Origin: Pristiophorus japonicus
Taxonomy: Eukaryota
Direction of reading: 5' to 3'
DNA: 64,000 nucleotides
Assembly (NCBI RefSeq): GCF_044704955.1
Contig: NC_091980.1
Coordinates: forward strand, 92,008,001-92,072,000
Positions 23,801 to 38,313 of the stretch are shown piece after piece. The position numbers and the translations under genes were made by a program. Position 1 is the first letter of the stretch. Each line of letters begins with the position of its first letter. Under the pieces are notes generated by a model. That model searched no databases. It was not told where the DNA came from and worked only from the letters and a program-made list of their open reading frames with translations.

Positions 23801-26800
23801 TATGAAGGCCAACATATCATTTGCCTTCTTCATCGCCTGCTGTACCTGCATGCCAACTTTCAGTGACTGATGAACCATGACACCCAAGTCTCATTGCACC
23901 TCCCCTTTTCCTAATCTGCCACCATTCAGATAATATTCTGCCTTCATATTTTTTCCCCCAAAATGTATAACCTCACATTTATCCACATTATACTGCATCT
24001 GCCATGTATTTGCCCACTCACCTAACCTGTCCAAGTCACCCACCCTGCAGCCTATTAGCATCCTTCTCACAGCTCACACCGTCACCCAGTTTAGTGTCAT
24101 CTGCAAACTTGGAGATATTACACTCTATTCCTTCATCCAAATCATTGATGTATATTGTAAAGAGCTGGGGTCCCAGCCTTGAGCCCTGCAGCACTCCACT
24201 AGTCACTGCCTGCCATTCTGAAAAGGACCCGTTTATCCCGACTCTCTGCTTCCTGTCTGCCAACCAGTTGTCTATCCTCGTCAGTACATTACCCCCAATA
24301 CCATGCGCTTTGATTTTGTACACCAATCTCTTGTGCGAGACCTTGTCAAAAGCCTTTTGAAAGTCCAAATACACCACATCCACTGGTTCTCCCTTATCCA
24401 CTCTGCTAGTTACATCCTCAAAAAATTCCAGAAGATTCGTCAAGCATGGTTTCCCTTTCATAAATCCATGCTGACTTGGTCCGATTCTGTCACGGCTTTC
24501 CAAATGCGCTGCTATTTCATCTTTAATGATTGATTCCAACATTTTCCCCACTACTGATGTCAGGCTAACCAGTCTATAATTACCTGTTTTCTCTCTCCCT
24601 CCTTTTTTAAAAAGTGCTGTTACATTAGCTACCCTCAAGTCCATAGGATCTGATCCAGAGTCGATAGGCTGTTGCAAAATGATCACCAATGCATCCACTA
24701 TTTCTAGGGCCACTTTCTTAAATACTCTGGGATGCAGACGATCAGGCCCCAGGGATTTATCAGCCTTCAATCCCATCAATTTCCTTAACACAATTCCCCG
24801 CCTAATAAGGATACCTTCAGTTCCTCCTTCTCACTAGACCCACTGTCCCCTCGTACATTTGGAAGATTATTTGTGTCTTCCATTGTGAAGACAGAACCGA
24901 AGTATTTGTTCAATTGGTCTGCCACTTCTTTGTTCCCCATTATAAATTCACCTGAATCCGACTGCAAGGGACCTATGTTTGTCTTCACTAATCTTTTTCT
25001 CTTCACATATTTATCGAAGCTTTTGCAGTCAGTTTTTATGTTCCCTGCAAGCTTCCTCTCGTACTCTATTTTTCCCATCTTAATTAAACCCTGAGTCCTC
25101 TTCTGCTGAATTCTAGATTTCTCCCAGTCCTCAGGTTTGTTGCTTTTTCTAGTCAATTTATATGCCCCTTCCTTGGATTTAACACTATCCTTAATTTCCC
25201 TTGTTAGCCATGGTTGAGCCACCTTCCCCGTTTTATTTTTACTCCAGACAGGGATGTATAATTGCTGAAGTTCATCCATGTGATCTTTAAATGTTTGCCA
25301 TTGCTTATCCACCGTCAACCCTTTAAGTATCCTTTGCCAGTCTATTCTAGCCAATTCACACCTCATACCGTCGAAGTTACCTTTCCTTAAATTCAGGACC
25401 CTAGTTTCCGAATTAACTGTGTTACTCTCCATCTTAATAAAGAATTCTACCATATTATGGTCACTCTTCCCCAAGGGACCTCGCACAACAAGATTGCTAA
25501 TTAGTCCCTTCTCATTACACATCACCCAGTCTAGGATGGCCAGCTCTCTGGTTGGTTCCTCGACATATTGGTCTAGAAAACCATCCTTAATACATTCTAG
25601 GAAATGCTCCTCCACTGCATTGCTACCAGTTAGGTTAGCGCAATCAATATGTAGATTAAAGTCGCCCATGATAACTGCTGTACCTTTATTGCATACATCT
25701 CTTATTTCTTGTTTGATGCTATCCCCAACCTCGCTACTACTGTTTGGTGGTCTGTACACAACTCCCACTAACGTTTTCTGCCCTTTGGAATTCCACAGCT
25801 CCACCTAGACCGATTCCACAACATCCAGGCTAATCTCCCTCCTTACTATTGCATTAATTTCCTCTTTAACCAGCAACACCACCCCGCCTCCTTTTATTCG
25901 CTGCCTATCCTTCCTGAATGTTGAATACCCCTGGATGCTGAGTTCCCAGCTCTGGTCACCCTGGAGCCATGTCTCCGTGATGCCAATTGCATCATATCCA
26001 TTAACTGCTGTCTGCACAGTTAACTCATCCACCTTATTCCGAATACTCCTCGCATTGAGGCACAGAGCCTTCAGGCTTGTCTTTTTAACACACTTTGCCC
26101 CTTTATCATTTTTCTGTAATGTGGCCCTTTTTGTTTTTTGCTTTGGGTTTCTCTGCCCTCCACTTTTACTATTCTCCTTTCTATCTTTTGCTTCTGCCTC
26201 CATTTTATTTCCCTCTGTATCCCTGCATAGGTTCCCATCCCCCTGTCATGTTCGTTTAACTCCTCCCTACAGCACTCGCAAACACTCCCCATAGGACATT
26301 GGTTTCGGTCCTGCCCAGGTGAAGACCATCCGGTTTGTACTGGTCCCACCTCCCCCAGAACCGGTTCCAGTGTCCCAGGAATTTGAACCCCTCCCTCTTG
26401 CACCACTTCTCAAGCCACGTATTCATCTGAGCTATCCTGCGATTCCTATTCTGACTAGAATGTGGCACTGGTAGCAATCCTGAGAGGAGCAGGGAGGTCT
26501 TACTGCAGTTGTACAGGGCCTTAGTGAGGCCTCACCTGGAATATTGTGTTCAGTTTTGGTCTCCTAATCTGAGGAAGGACGTTCTTGCTATTGAAGGAGT
26601 GCAGCGAAAGTTCATCAGACTGATTCCCGGGATGGCAGGACTGACATATGAAGAGAGACTGGATCAACTGAGCCTGTATTCACTTGAGGATCTCATAGGA
26701 ACATGTAAAATTCTGACGGGACTGGACAGGTTAGATGCAGGAAGAATGTTCCCGATGTTGGGGAAGTCCAGAATCAGGGGACCTAGTCTAAGGATAAGGG

Positions 26801-27082
26801 GTAAGCCATTTAGGACTGAGATGAGGAAAAACTTCTTCACTCAGAGAGTTGTTAACCTGTGGAATTCCCTACCACAGAGAGTTGTAGATGCCAGTTCATT
26901 GGATATATTGAAGAGGGTGATAGATATGGCCCTTACGGCTAAAGTGATCAAGGGATATGGAGAGAAAGCAGGAAAGGGGTACTGAGGTGAATGATCAGCC
27001 ATGACCTTGTTGAATGGTGGTGCACGCTCGAAGGGCCGAATGGCCTCCTCCTGCACCTATTTTCTATGCTTCTATGTTTCTA
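20889..27082 (+). mobile_element. 5'-truncated CR1 (ORF2), split into 20889-23168 and 26485-27082
   Basis: EN-RT ORFs 21288..22100, 22167..22667, 22675..23184 and 26509..26985. (TTCTATGT)n tail. Gypsy B resumes at 27085. Confidence 0.93.
23165..26485 (-). mobile_element. CR1 inserted antisense into a CR1 of the same family
   Basis: Tail (ATAGAAAC)n at 23165. ORF2 pieces 25805..26203, 24785..25804, 24036..24791. ORF1 esterase C-terminus 26256..26477. Confidence 0.93.
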
Positions 27083-30000
27083 TAATGGCCTCCACCTTGA
27101 CGTCGGTGGGTCTGATGCTGTCTACCACGATACTTCTCCCTAAGAATTCGACCTCTGGCGCCAGGAAAACACACTTCGAGCATTTCAACCTGAGTCCCAC
27201 ACGATCTAGCCGACTTAGAATCTCTTCCAGGTTCTGCAATTGTTCGATAGTGTCCCGACCTGTGATCAATGTGTCGTCCTGGAAAACCACGGTGCGCGGA
27301 ACCGACTTTAGCAGACTCTCCATGTTCCTTTGAAAAATAGCCGCGGCCGATCGAATCCCAAACGGGCATCTATTGTAGATGACAGATCTTTGTGCGTGTT
27401 GATGCAGGTGAGGCCTTTTGAAGATTCCGCAAGTTCCTGCGTCATGTAGGTCGAAGTCAGGTCCAACTTGGTGAACGTCTTCCCTCCTTCTGGCGTTGCA
27501 AATAGGTCGTCTGCCTTGGGTAGCGGGTATTGGTCCTGCAGCGAACAACGGTTAATCATTACTTTATAGTCTCCACAAATTCTGACCATGCCATCGCCCT
27601 TGAGAACCGGAACAATCGGACTGGCCCACTCGTTGAACTCAACCTGCGCAATGATGCCCTCTCGTTGCAGCCTGTCCAGCCCGATCTCTACTTTCTCTTG
27701 CATCATGTATGGCACCGCATGTGCCTTGTGGTGGATGGGTCATGTACTAGGAATCAAGTGGACCTGCACCTTCACCCCAGAGAAATTTCCGATCCTGGCT
27801 CAAACAATGACGGGAACTTGCTCAAAACCTGGGCACATGAGGCGTCGTCGACGGACGAAAGCGTTCGGATGTCGTCCCAGTTCCAGCGGATTTTTCCCAG
27901 CCAGCTTCTGCCAAACAGTGTGGGGCCATCTCCTGAAACAATCCATAGTGGTAGTTCATGCACCGCTCCATCATAGGAAACTTTTACTGCTGCATTGCCA
28001 ATTACAGGGATCAGCTCGTTAGTGTAAGTTCTCAGCTTGGTATGAATAGGGCTCAGCTTGGGCCTTTGTGCCTTATTGCACCACAGCCTCTCGCAGGTCT
28101 TTTTGCTCGTGATAAACTGACTCGCACCTGTGTCCAATTCCATGGATACTGGAATTCCATTCAGTTCAACTTTTAACATGATCAGTGGACATTTTGTGGT
28201 GAAGGTGTGTACCCCATACACTTCTGCTTCCTCGATTTGAGTCTCTAGTTCAGTTTGATCCGCCATGGATCGATCTTCCTCCGCAATGTGGTGGTTTGCA
28301 GGGTTTGCAGCTCGTCTCACACTCGCTGGAGGTGTCCCATTGTTCCACAGCCTTTGCACGCATAGTGTTTGAAGCAGCTTTGATGGGCTCGATGATCACC
28401 TCCGCAGTGTTAATTGCCTCGCATTCACACTTAATGGCGGATTCTGAGTCATCTGAGGTCATGCAGCTGCAGGTGTGTACGTTCTGCCATATGCATTCCT
28501 GCCTGAAAACGACGTTACTTTGTGTACAGTACTTGCCAATGCATCTTTATGCTGCAAAATTTGTATGGTGTTATCGCTGGTGGACATAAATGCTTGGGCT
28601 ATCATTATGGCTTTGCTCAGGTTCAGTGTGTCGTCAATAGTTTGTGAAGAATAACCTCATGGCCAATGCCAAGCACAAAAAAGTCTCTTAGCATTTGCTC
28701 CAGGAATCCAACAAATTCGCAATGTCCTGCAAGGCACCTTAGTTCGACGACATAGCTCGCCACTTCCTGGCCTTCAGACCGTTGACATGTATAAATTCTA
28801 AACCTTGCCATCAGAACGCTCTCCTTCGGATTTAGGTGCTCCCAGACCAGCATACACAGTTCTTCATACGATTTGGTTGTTGGTTTCACGGAGCAAGAAG
28901 ATTCTTCATGAGGCCATAGGTTGTTGCCCTGCAGACGGTGAGGAGGATCGCCCTTCGTTTGGCAGCGTTCTCATTCCCTTCCAGCTCGTTGGCCACGAAG
29001 TATTGGTCGAGTCACTCCACGAAGGCTTCCCAATTGTCAACTTCTGAGAATTTCTCCAGGATACCAACAATTCTCTGCATTTTTGCGTGATGGTTCGTTA
29101 TCTATTACTCGTCGCCAGTTGTTATGTCTCAAATAAAGCAATGTGACTGAGTACCGTAGACGTGAGTAAGTGTGACCTTAGTCTCTTTATTCTGACTCCA
29201 GAGTGCCGGCACAGCATGGGAGGCCTGCTTATATGCAGTGCTCCCAAGGAATGCTGGGATTCCTTGGGACTCCAATAGATGCACCCTCTGGTGGCGATAG
29301 AATGCTGGTTACAAGATGTTGCATATATAACAAGCCTCAACCCAGGTTGGGCAGAAAGTGCAAGTGTATTGTCGTGAGCTGCTATTTGACCGACATCTGC
29401 AAGTCCTGAATACAATGAGGGCTTCATAGTCCCATCTGGACCAAATCTATGTGTCCAATGCTTGAGGTCTAATGCTTGTGCCTCCAGTATTCCTTTAGTT
29501 ACAGATCACTGACTTCAAGTCCATCCTCCATAGATATTTTAAAACCAAGGTCTGCCCACCCAACTGAGCTGACTTGAGAAATACATGCAAGAAAGTACTT
29601 GGATGTCGAGACCTTATTACTCCCTCACCTGGCGTGCTGCATTGTGTAACTGCATGCATAGATAGCATGCAAATAAAGTGCTCCTGGAGTCTTTTGAAAT
29701 TGCACAGAGACAGTAGGTCGGCTGCTCCATAGCACTTTATTGGTAGTTTCTTTTCAAAAATGTTGCAATTATTAGCTCTTATTTGGTTTATCAATATGGT
29801 TTCCCCTTCCAAAAAGCATATACAGTCACCAAAACAATTTGCAGTAAAAATATTTGCATATCACCCAAAATATAAGCTTACATTTTATTATATAATTTGT
29901 GATAAGTAACAAGTGTGGTGTGGAGCACTGTTGTAATATTGAGCGGCTAACCTGTCCTTGACATTTTCCAAGGACTACCTGCTCCCTCTTTGAATCCATC

Positions 30001-31239
30001 TGATAGTAGCTGCTTATAATTTGTAGCTAAGTTCAATTAGAGGTCAGTAAATTACTTGTAAATTTCAGTCTTTAAATCAATGGCTTTTTTTTTAAAGAAA
30101 TGTTTTATACTGTAACAAAGTGCAACATCTATTGTGATGGACACACACTAGACACAAGATTTATGCAAATTACTAGTAGATCTTCTGTGGCATTCTTCAT
30201 GATTAATAAATGATACCTTGCATTACAAGCGTGGTTATGTTTAGTAAGCACCACTGGTATTATTCTACTGCTAAGATGAAGTGGTGTCACTTTAAACCTT
30301 GAAAGGCTTTTTATAATCAGGAATTTAATTGTGAGGTTAAGGTCACAAACAGTTTGCTTTTAAAAAATTATATTTGTCAGGTCATACAGAGATTAAAGAT
30401 TCTGGTTTCAAATACTAAATCAAATGAATGCTTTCTTTTAAGTGTGACACTTGAAATAGAATGCATGCTAGATGTCCTGTTTTTAACATACTGTGATACT
30501 GCTCATGATATGTCAGAGGATTTACTGTTTTATAAGGACAGGAACATTAAAGTGTAATGTATTATTCTGTGGCTAAACATACCTATATGTCTCTTTGAGG
30601 CAACATAAATCTAATTGATAAGCAAACACTGGGGTTCATTTAAAGGTTAATTACTATGCAGTCTGATTTTTGTTTGTGGGAAAGTCAATTAAGAGCCTGA
30701 AGACATTGCAGCTCCAGTATTTGTTGCACATTGCAGTGATAGCCTTTATTTCTTTACATGCAAAAGAAATAACAAATTGGCATAAGACAGTGTGTGTTGT
30801 CTGACGTGAGAGATAAGACATACACACAATGATAAAGGCCGGGAATTTACGGTTGTAATGATAGTGAAACCATCAGCGCTTGCCATCATTACTGTGTAAA
30901 ACTGACAGCAACTTCTGCCGTCTGCACATGCCCAGTTAAATGCAGAAATCCAGAAGTTGCTGTCAGTGACACCCTGCTCCTTCACAGGGTGCGCTGTGCA
31001 GTCAACACAGAATCAATGATTTGACACGAACTTTAACCTTTTACACACTCATCATCATTATCTATTCTCGTTCTAAAAACCATTGAATGAGGTGTAACTG
31101 AGTTTTTAACAGCATACTAAGTTAATAATTACTGCTGAACAACTTCTCTGGCACTAAAAAAATAATTTTATGTGTGGAATCTCATTCATTCCTTTTCCAT
31201 TATAAAAGTTCCATAGATTTTTAAAATAATAAACTGATT

Positions 31240-31520
31240 AAATAGAGACGTTCAAAATCTTAAAAGGTTTTTAATAGAGTAAATAAGGTGAAAGGAAAAC
31301 TTTTTTTTTTACGGAACAATTTATTAAGATCTGGAATGCATTGCCTGAAAGGGGGATGGAGGCAAATTCAATAATAACTTTCAAAATAAATACTTGAAGG
31401 GGTGAAAATTACAGAGCTATGGAGAAAGAGCAGGAGAGTGAGACTATTTGGACAGCTCTTTCAAAGAGCCAGCAAAGGCACAATGGGCCAAATGGCTTCC
31501 TTCTGTGCTGCAAGATTCCA
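31240..31520 (+). repeat. Old CR1 3' fragment
   Basis: Similar to 14100-14440. Confidence 0.65.
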
Positions 31521-32134
31521 TGTTTTAAATATTTATTCATGAGCAACAGCACAGTAGAACCATCCACATATTGGAAAAAATGGTCCATTAGGACCTCGTC
31601 TGGACCGCTGAATAAATTCACAAGGGAAAGCTGATGTTTTCTGATGCTATATAATCTACTTTCCTATTGCATTCATAAAAAGATAAAGTGTGCAAGAATG
31701 TGTTCAATTATGCATAGAGCAAGCATCCCCACTTTACTCTTAGCTGCTGTCAAACAACAGTTGAGCTAGGTGAAGTATACTGAGTAGGGTTATATCATGG
31801 ACAGGTGGAATAATAGCCCCGAATTTCCGGCACTGGCAAGATCAGCAATAACGTCATAGATTTTGACACCTTGTGCATAATTCTCACTGTTGCTAATTTA
31901 CGACAAAACTTCCTGGTTTTCTAATTGGAATACGCAGCAGCGAGCATAGCTGGGAATCTGAAGCGGCAAAGCCAATAGCTATTTACCAACTTGGATTGCT
32001 TATTATTGCTTCTGCATACCCATAATTGTGCGTTTGTGTAAGAACCTCTGTATGTGCCTGGTTTGATCTACCCTTCTCTGTCCAGTCTGTAAATAGCAAT
32101 TTAGAATTACATTCTATACTACTTATGTGCTAGG

Positions 32135-33768
32135 AACATAAGAAATAGGAGCAAGTGTAGGCCATACAGCCTCTTGAGCCTGCTCTGCCATTCAATAAGA
32201 TCATGACTGATCCTCGACCTCAACCTCACTTTCCCGCCCAATCCCCATATCCCTTGATTCCCTTAAAGTCCAAAAATCTATCACTCCCAGCCTTGAGTAT
32301 ACTCAACGACTTAGCATCCACAGCCCTTTGGGGTAGAGAATTCTGAAGATTCACAACCCTCTGAGTGAAGAAATGTTTCCTCAGCTCAGTCCTAAATGGC
32401 CGACCCATTATCCTGAGACTATGCCCCTTCATTCTCCTGCCAGGGGAAACAGCATCTCAACAACTACCCTGTCAAGCTCTCTCAGAATCTTATGTTTCAA
32501 TGAGATCACCTCTAATTCTTCTGAACTCCAGAGAGTATAGGCTCATTGTATTCAATGACTCTTCATAGGACAATCCTCTCATTTCAGGAATCAATCTAGT
32601 GAGTCTTTGTTGCACCACCTACAAGGCAAGTATATCTGTCCTTAGGTACGGTGACTAAAATACACAGTACTCCAGGTGTGGTCTCACTAAAGCCCTGTAA
32701 AATTGCAGCAAGACTTCCTTACTCTTGTACTACAATCCCCTTACAATAAAGGCTAACTTGCCATTTGCCTTCTTAACTTCTTGCTGCACCTGCATGTTAA
32801 CTTCCTGTGTTTTGTATACAAGGGCACCCAAATCCTTCTAAATACTAACATTTAATAGTTTCTCATCATTTAAAACATATTGAGGGAGAAATTCGGTCAC
32901 GCCTCATTTAGCATGGTAACCCAGGCAGAGTGGTAATTTTAGCGTCTTGAAAAAGTTTGCGCCCTCCGCCCAGAAATTCGTCAGCGTCGGTCGAAGCGCT
33001 GACAGGGGCACTAAATCAGCCATTGCACACCAGAGCTGGGGGGACGCTAACGAAAATGCCAGTGCCAAATTTAACCGAGTCATTGTGCATGCGCCGAACT
33101 CCGATTCCGATCCCAGGAAAAGTCGAGTCTTAAAGGCGCAGCATAGTAATGCACCCATTAACGTTTTCAAAATCACTTTTTCTCAAGCTGACCTCTTATT
33201 TCTGTCTGCCGCTGCAAATTCGGAGGCTCACCACCTCTATGTAAACGTGTGTAAAAACGTTGCCCTGTCTGTGACCTCCGACGGAAGCGCATCCTCATCC
33301 CTTTAAGAAGCCACCAGTTAACGACTCTGCAAGCCTGTTCCGGCTGTTTTTCCAGACGTCGTTCTTAGCAACCACTAAAAGAGGTTGCTGGCACCTAATT
33401 TTCCGACCGGGGCACAAGCATGAGTGTTGCACCAAGAATATGTCATGATCGGAATGATCATCAGCAGCCAGGCGCTACTAGTTTGCATCCCCAGTGAACC
33501 TCTAATAAATTGTCGGTCGGGGTGCTAAATGCTGCACTCCCGGTCAATAACCACTTATGCTCCCATTAACTGGCCACTAACTGAGGTGTTAGACAACCGA
33601 AAATCCAGCCCATTCTGTTTTTCTATTCTTCCTACCGAAGTGAATAACCTCACATTTCCCCACATTATACTCAATCTGCCAACTTCTTGCCCATTCACTC
33701 AACCTGCCTATATCCCTTTGCAGACTCTTTGTATCTTCCTCATAGTTTACTTTACCACCTACCTTTGA
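32135..33768 (-). mobile_element. CR1 3' fragment interrupted by a MITE
   Basis: ORFs 32226..32432 and 33589..33798 are RT C-terminal sequence. Tail at 32135. Confidence 0.85.
32882..33611. mobile_element. Harbinger-type MITE
   Basis: 3-bp TSD ATT (32879-32881, 33612-33614). Imperfect TIRs GAGGGAGAAATTCGGT / ACCGAAAATCCAGCCC. Host CR1 rejoins seamlessly when it is removed. Confidence 0.8.
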
Positions 33769-33864
33769 ATCGTGCTGTACCTTATTTGTTTTCCCCAAAT
33801 AAATTCTGTTACTGACCAGTCGCAGTCTCCTCCTTGCTTAAAGATGAAGAAAACCAAAACATTT

Positions 33865-36760
33865 TTTTATTCGTTCTGGGATGAGGGCGTCACTGGCAAG
33901 GCCAACATTTATTGCCCATCCCTAATTGCTCTTGAGAAGCTGGTGGTGAGCCGCCTTCTTGAAGCACTGCAGTCCTTGTGGTGAAGGTACTCCCACAGCG
34001 CTATTAGGGAGGATTTTGACTCAGTGACAATAAAGTAATGGCGATATATTTCCAAGTCAGGATGGTCTTTAATTTGGAGAGGAACTTGCTGCTGATGGTG
34101 CTCCCATGCGCCTGCTGCCCTTGTCCTTCTAGGTGGTAGAGGTTGTGGCTTTGGGATGTGCTGCCGAAGAAGCCTTAGCGAGTTGCTGCAGAGCATCTTG
34201 TAGATGGTATACACTGGAGCCACGGTGCATCAGTTGTGGAGGGAGTGAATGTTTAAGGTGGTGCTTGGGGTGCCAATCAAGTGGGCTGCTTTGTGTCGGG
34301 CTGGGTAGTGTCGAGCTTCTTGAGTGTTGTTGGAGCTGCACTCATCCAGGCAATGGAGAGTATTCCGTCACACTCCTGACTTGTGCCTTGTAGATGGTGG
34401 AAAGGCTTTGGGGAGTCGGAAGGTGAGACACTTGCCGCAGAATACCCAGTCCAAGACCCAAGACAGTATTTATATGGCTGATCCAGTTAGGTTTCTGGTC
34501 AATGGTGACCCCCAGGATGTTGACGATGAGGATGGTGGGGGATTCGGCAATGATAATGCCATTGAATATCAAGGGGAGGTAGTTTGACCCTCGCTTGTTG
34601 GAGATGGTCATTGCCTGGCACTTGTGTGGCGCGAATGTTGCTTGCCACTTATCAGCCTAAGCCTGAATGTCATCCAGGTGTTGCTGCATGTATGGACTGC
34701 TTAATTATCTAAGGAGTCGCGAATAGCACTGAACACTGTGCAGTCATCAGCTAACGTCCCCACTTTTGACCTTATGATGGACGGAAGGTCATTGATGAAG
34801 CAACTGAAGATGGTTGGGCCTAGGACACTGCCCTGAGCAACTCCTGAAGCAATGTCCTGGTACTGTGATGATTGACCTCCAACAACCACAACCATCTTCC
34901 TTTGTGCTAGGTATGACTCCAGCCAGTGGAGAGTTTTCCCCCTAATTCACATTGACTTCAGTTTTACTAGGGCTCCTTGATGCTACACTCTGTCAAATGC
35001 TGCTTTGATGTCAAGGGCAGTCACTCTCACCTCACCTCTGGAATTCAGCTCTTTTGTCCATGTTTGAACCAAGGCTGTAACGAGGTCAGGAGCCAAGTAG
35101 TCCTGGCGGAACCCAAACTGAGCATCGGTGAGCAGGTTATTGGTGAGTAAATGCCACTTGATAGCACTGTCAACACCTTCCATCACTTTGCTGATGATTG
35201 AAAGTAGACTGATGGGGCGTTAATTGGCCAGACTGGATTTGTCCTGCTTTTTATGAACAGGATATACATGGGCAGTTTTCCACATTGTCTGGTAGATGCC
35301 AGTGTTGTAGTTGTATTGGAACAGTTTGACTAGAGGCTCGGCTAGTTCTGGAGCACAAGCCTTCAGCACGACAGCCGGGATATTGTCAGGGCCCATAGCC
35401 TTTGCTGTATCCAGAGTGCTCAGCCGCATTTTGATATCACGTGGAGTGAATCGAATTGGCTGAAGACTGTCTCCTGTGATGCTGGGGACCTCTAGAGGAG
35501 GCGGATTTAGATCTTCCACTCGGCATTTCTGGTTGAAGCTGCATTTAGGGTTGTTTTTTACACTCACATGCTGGGGTCCACCATCATTGATGATGGGGAT
35601 AGCCATAAAGCCTCCTACTCCCGTTAGTTGTTTAATTGTCCACCACCATTCACGAGTGGATGTGGCAGGACTGCAGAGTTTTAATCTGATCTGTTGAGTG
35701 TGGGATCACTTAGCTCTGTTTATAGCATGCTGCTTCTGCTGCTTAGCATGTATGTAATCCTGTGTTGCAGCTTCCCCAGATTGGTACCTCATTTTCAGGT
35801 ATGCAGGCACTGCTCATGGCATGCTCTTCTACATTCCTCATTGAACCAGTGTTGGTCCCCTGGCTTGATGGTAATGGTAGATTGAGAAATCTGCCGGACT
35901 ATGAGGTTACAGATTGTGATATAATACACGTCTGCTGCTGCTGATGGCCCACAGCCTCTCCTGGATGCCCAGTTTTCAGCTGTGAGATATGTTCTAAATC
36001 TATCCCATTTAGCACGGTGGTAGTGCCACACAACACGATGGAGGGTGTCATCACTGTTAAGACAGGACTTTGTCTCCACAAGGACTCTGCGGTGGTCACT
36101 CCAACCAATACTGTTACGGAGAGATGCATTTGCGACAAGTAGATTGGTGAGGTCAAGTAGGCTTTTCCCTTGCGGCAGCTGTAGGCCCAGCCTGGCAACT
36201 ATGATTTTCAGGCCAGCTTGGTAGGTAGTGGTGCTACTGAGCTGCTCTTGGTGATGGACATTGAAGTCCCCCACCCACGGTACATTGTATACCCTTGCTA
36301 CCCTCAGTGCTTCTTCCAAGTGGTTTTCAACATGGAGGAGTACTGATTCATCAGCTGAGGGAGGGTGTTAAGTGGTAATCAGCAAGATTAAAACCTGCCC
36401 ATGTTTTTGCTGATGCCGGAGTCAATGTTGAGAATTCCTGGTCAACACCCTCCCGAACGTATACCATTGTGCCATCACCTCTGTTGGGTCTGTCCTTCTG
36501 ATGGGACAGGATATACTCATGGATAGAGTTGGAGGAGTCTGGAATGTTGGCTGAAAGGTATGATTCTGTGAGTATGATTATGTCCGACCATTGCTTGACT
36601 AGTCTGTGGAACAGCTCTCCAGTCCCCAGATGTTGGTGAGGAGGACTTTGCAGGGTCAACTGGGCTGGGCGTACCATTGTCATGTCTGTAGCCAGTGCTG
36701 AGGTTGATGGCAGGTGGTCCGTCCAGTTTCAGTCTTCTTATTGTTTTCGTAGCTATTTGT
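33865..36760 (-). mobile_element. Divergent CR1/L2-group LINE, EN-RT only, degenerate
   Basis: EN motifs (DIIILTES, WVGDFNVHH), KAMGPDNIP, ALDIKAAFDRV, QGSVLGP, ADD in ORFs 36351..36683 through 34342..34611. Confidence 0.9.
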
Positions 36761-36764
36761 TACA

Positions 36765-38313
36765 ACTGAGTGGCTTGCTAGACCATTTCAGAGGGCAGTT
36801 AAGAGTCAACCACATTGCTGTGGGTCTGGAGTCAAATATAGGCCAGACCAGGTAAGGATGGCAGATTTCCTTCCCTAAAGCTCATTAGTGAACCACGTGG
36901 TTTTTTTACGACAATCCGATAGTTTCATGGTCACCATTACTGATACTAGCTTTTTATTCCAGATTTTTGAGGATGTAACGAGCAGGGTGGATAAAGGGCA
37001 ACCAGTGGATGTGGTGCATTTGGACTTCCAGATGGCATTTGACAGGGTGCCACATAAAAGGTTACTGCACAAGATAAAAGTTCACGGGGTTGGGGGTAAT
37101 AGAGGATTGGCTAACTAACAGAAAACAGAGAGTCGGGATAAGTAATTCATTCTCTGGTTGGCAACCAGTAACTAGTGGGATGCCGCAGGGATCAGTGCTG
37201 GGACCCCAACCTTTTACAATCTATATTAACAACTTGGAAGAAGGGACTGAGTGTAACGTTGCCACGTTTGCATACAAAGATGGGAGGAAAAAAATGTGTG
37301 AGGAGGACACAAAAAATCTGCAAAAGGACATAGATAGGCTAAGTGAGTGGGCAAAATTTTGGCAGATGGAGTATAATGTTGGAAAGTGTGAGATCATGCA
37401 CGTTGGCAGAAAAAAAATCAAAGAGTAAGTTCTTATTTAAATGGAGAAAGATTGCAAAGTGCTGCAGTACAGTGGGACCTGGGGATACTTGTGCATGAAA
37501 CACAAAAGGATAGTATGCGGATACAGCAAGTGATCAGGAAAGCCAATGGAATCTTGGCCTTTATTGCAAAGGGATGGAGTATCAAAACAGGAAAGTCTTG
37601 CTACAGCTATACAGGGTATTGGTGAGACCACACCTGGAATACTGCATGCAGTTTTGGTATCCATATTTACGAAAGGATATACTTTCTTTGGAGGCAGTTC
37701 AGAGAAGGTTCACTAGGTTGATTCCGAAGATGAGGGGATTGACATATGAGGAAAAGTTGACGAGATTGGTTCTCGACTCATTGGAATTCAGAAGAATGAG
37801 AGGTGATCTTATCGAAACGTATAAGATTATGAGGGGGCTTGACAAGGTGGATGCAGAGAGGATGTTTCCATTGATGGGAGAGACTAGAACTAGAGGGCAT
37901 GATCTTAGAATAATGGGTCGCTCATTTAAAACTGACATGAGGAGAAATTTCTTCTCTCAGAGGGTTGTAAATCTGTGGAATTCGCTGCCTCAGAGAACTG
38001 TGGAAACTGGGATATTGAATAAATTTAAGACAGAAATAGACAGTTTCTTAAACGATAAGGGGTTATAGGAAGCGGGCAGGGAAGTGGAGCTGAGTCCATG
38101 ATCAGATCAGCCATGATCTTATTGAATGGTGGAGCAGGCTCAAGGGGCCATATGGCCTACTCCTGCTCCTATTTCTTATGCTCTTATGTTCTTATTTATT
38201 TAATTAACTGAATTTAAATTCCCCAGCTGCCGTGGTTGGATTTGAACTCACATCTCTGGATCATTAGTCCAGGCCTCTGGATTACTAGTCCAGTAACATT
38301 TTCACTATGCTAC
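36765..38313 (-). mobile_element. tRNA-derived SINE-like head/body (38313-38195 and 36962-36765), split by a CR1 insertion
   Basis: Minus strand reads GGTAGCATAGTGA (A box-like) ... GAGTTCAAATCC (B box). The two halves rejoin as ttccagatttatttaattaactg. Confidence 0.75.
36963..38194 (+). mobile_element. 5'-truncated CR1 (TTCTTATG-tail family)
   Basis: RT ORFs 36888..37118, 37090..37428, 37574..38068 and a tail at about 38173-38194. Confidence 0.92.

Larger units (their letters stand above)
15248..29332 (-). mobile_element. Gypsy element B with both LTRs (15248-15460, 29120-29332), hosting nested element A and two CR1s
   Basis: 213-bp LTRs with about 16 mismatches. TSD AGCCT at 15243-15247 and 29333-29337. 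PBS TGGCGACGAG (29108-29117) is complementary to the tRNA-Ser(GCT) 3' end. Own coding segments at 15461-16092, 19676-20890 and 27085-29100. Confidence 0.95.

Noticed and set aside
29495-29812. 105-aa ORF in unique DNA
   Set aside because: No motif similarity, and the length is compatible with chance.
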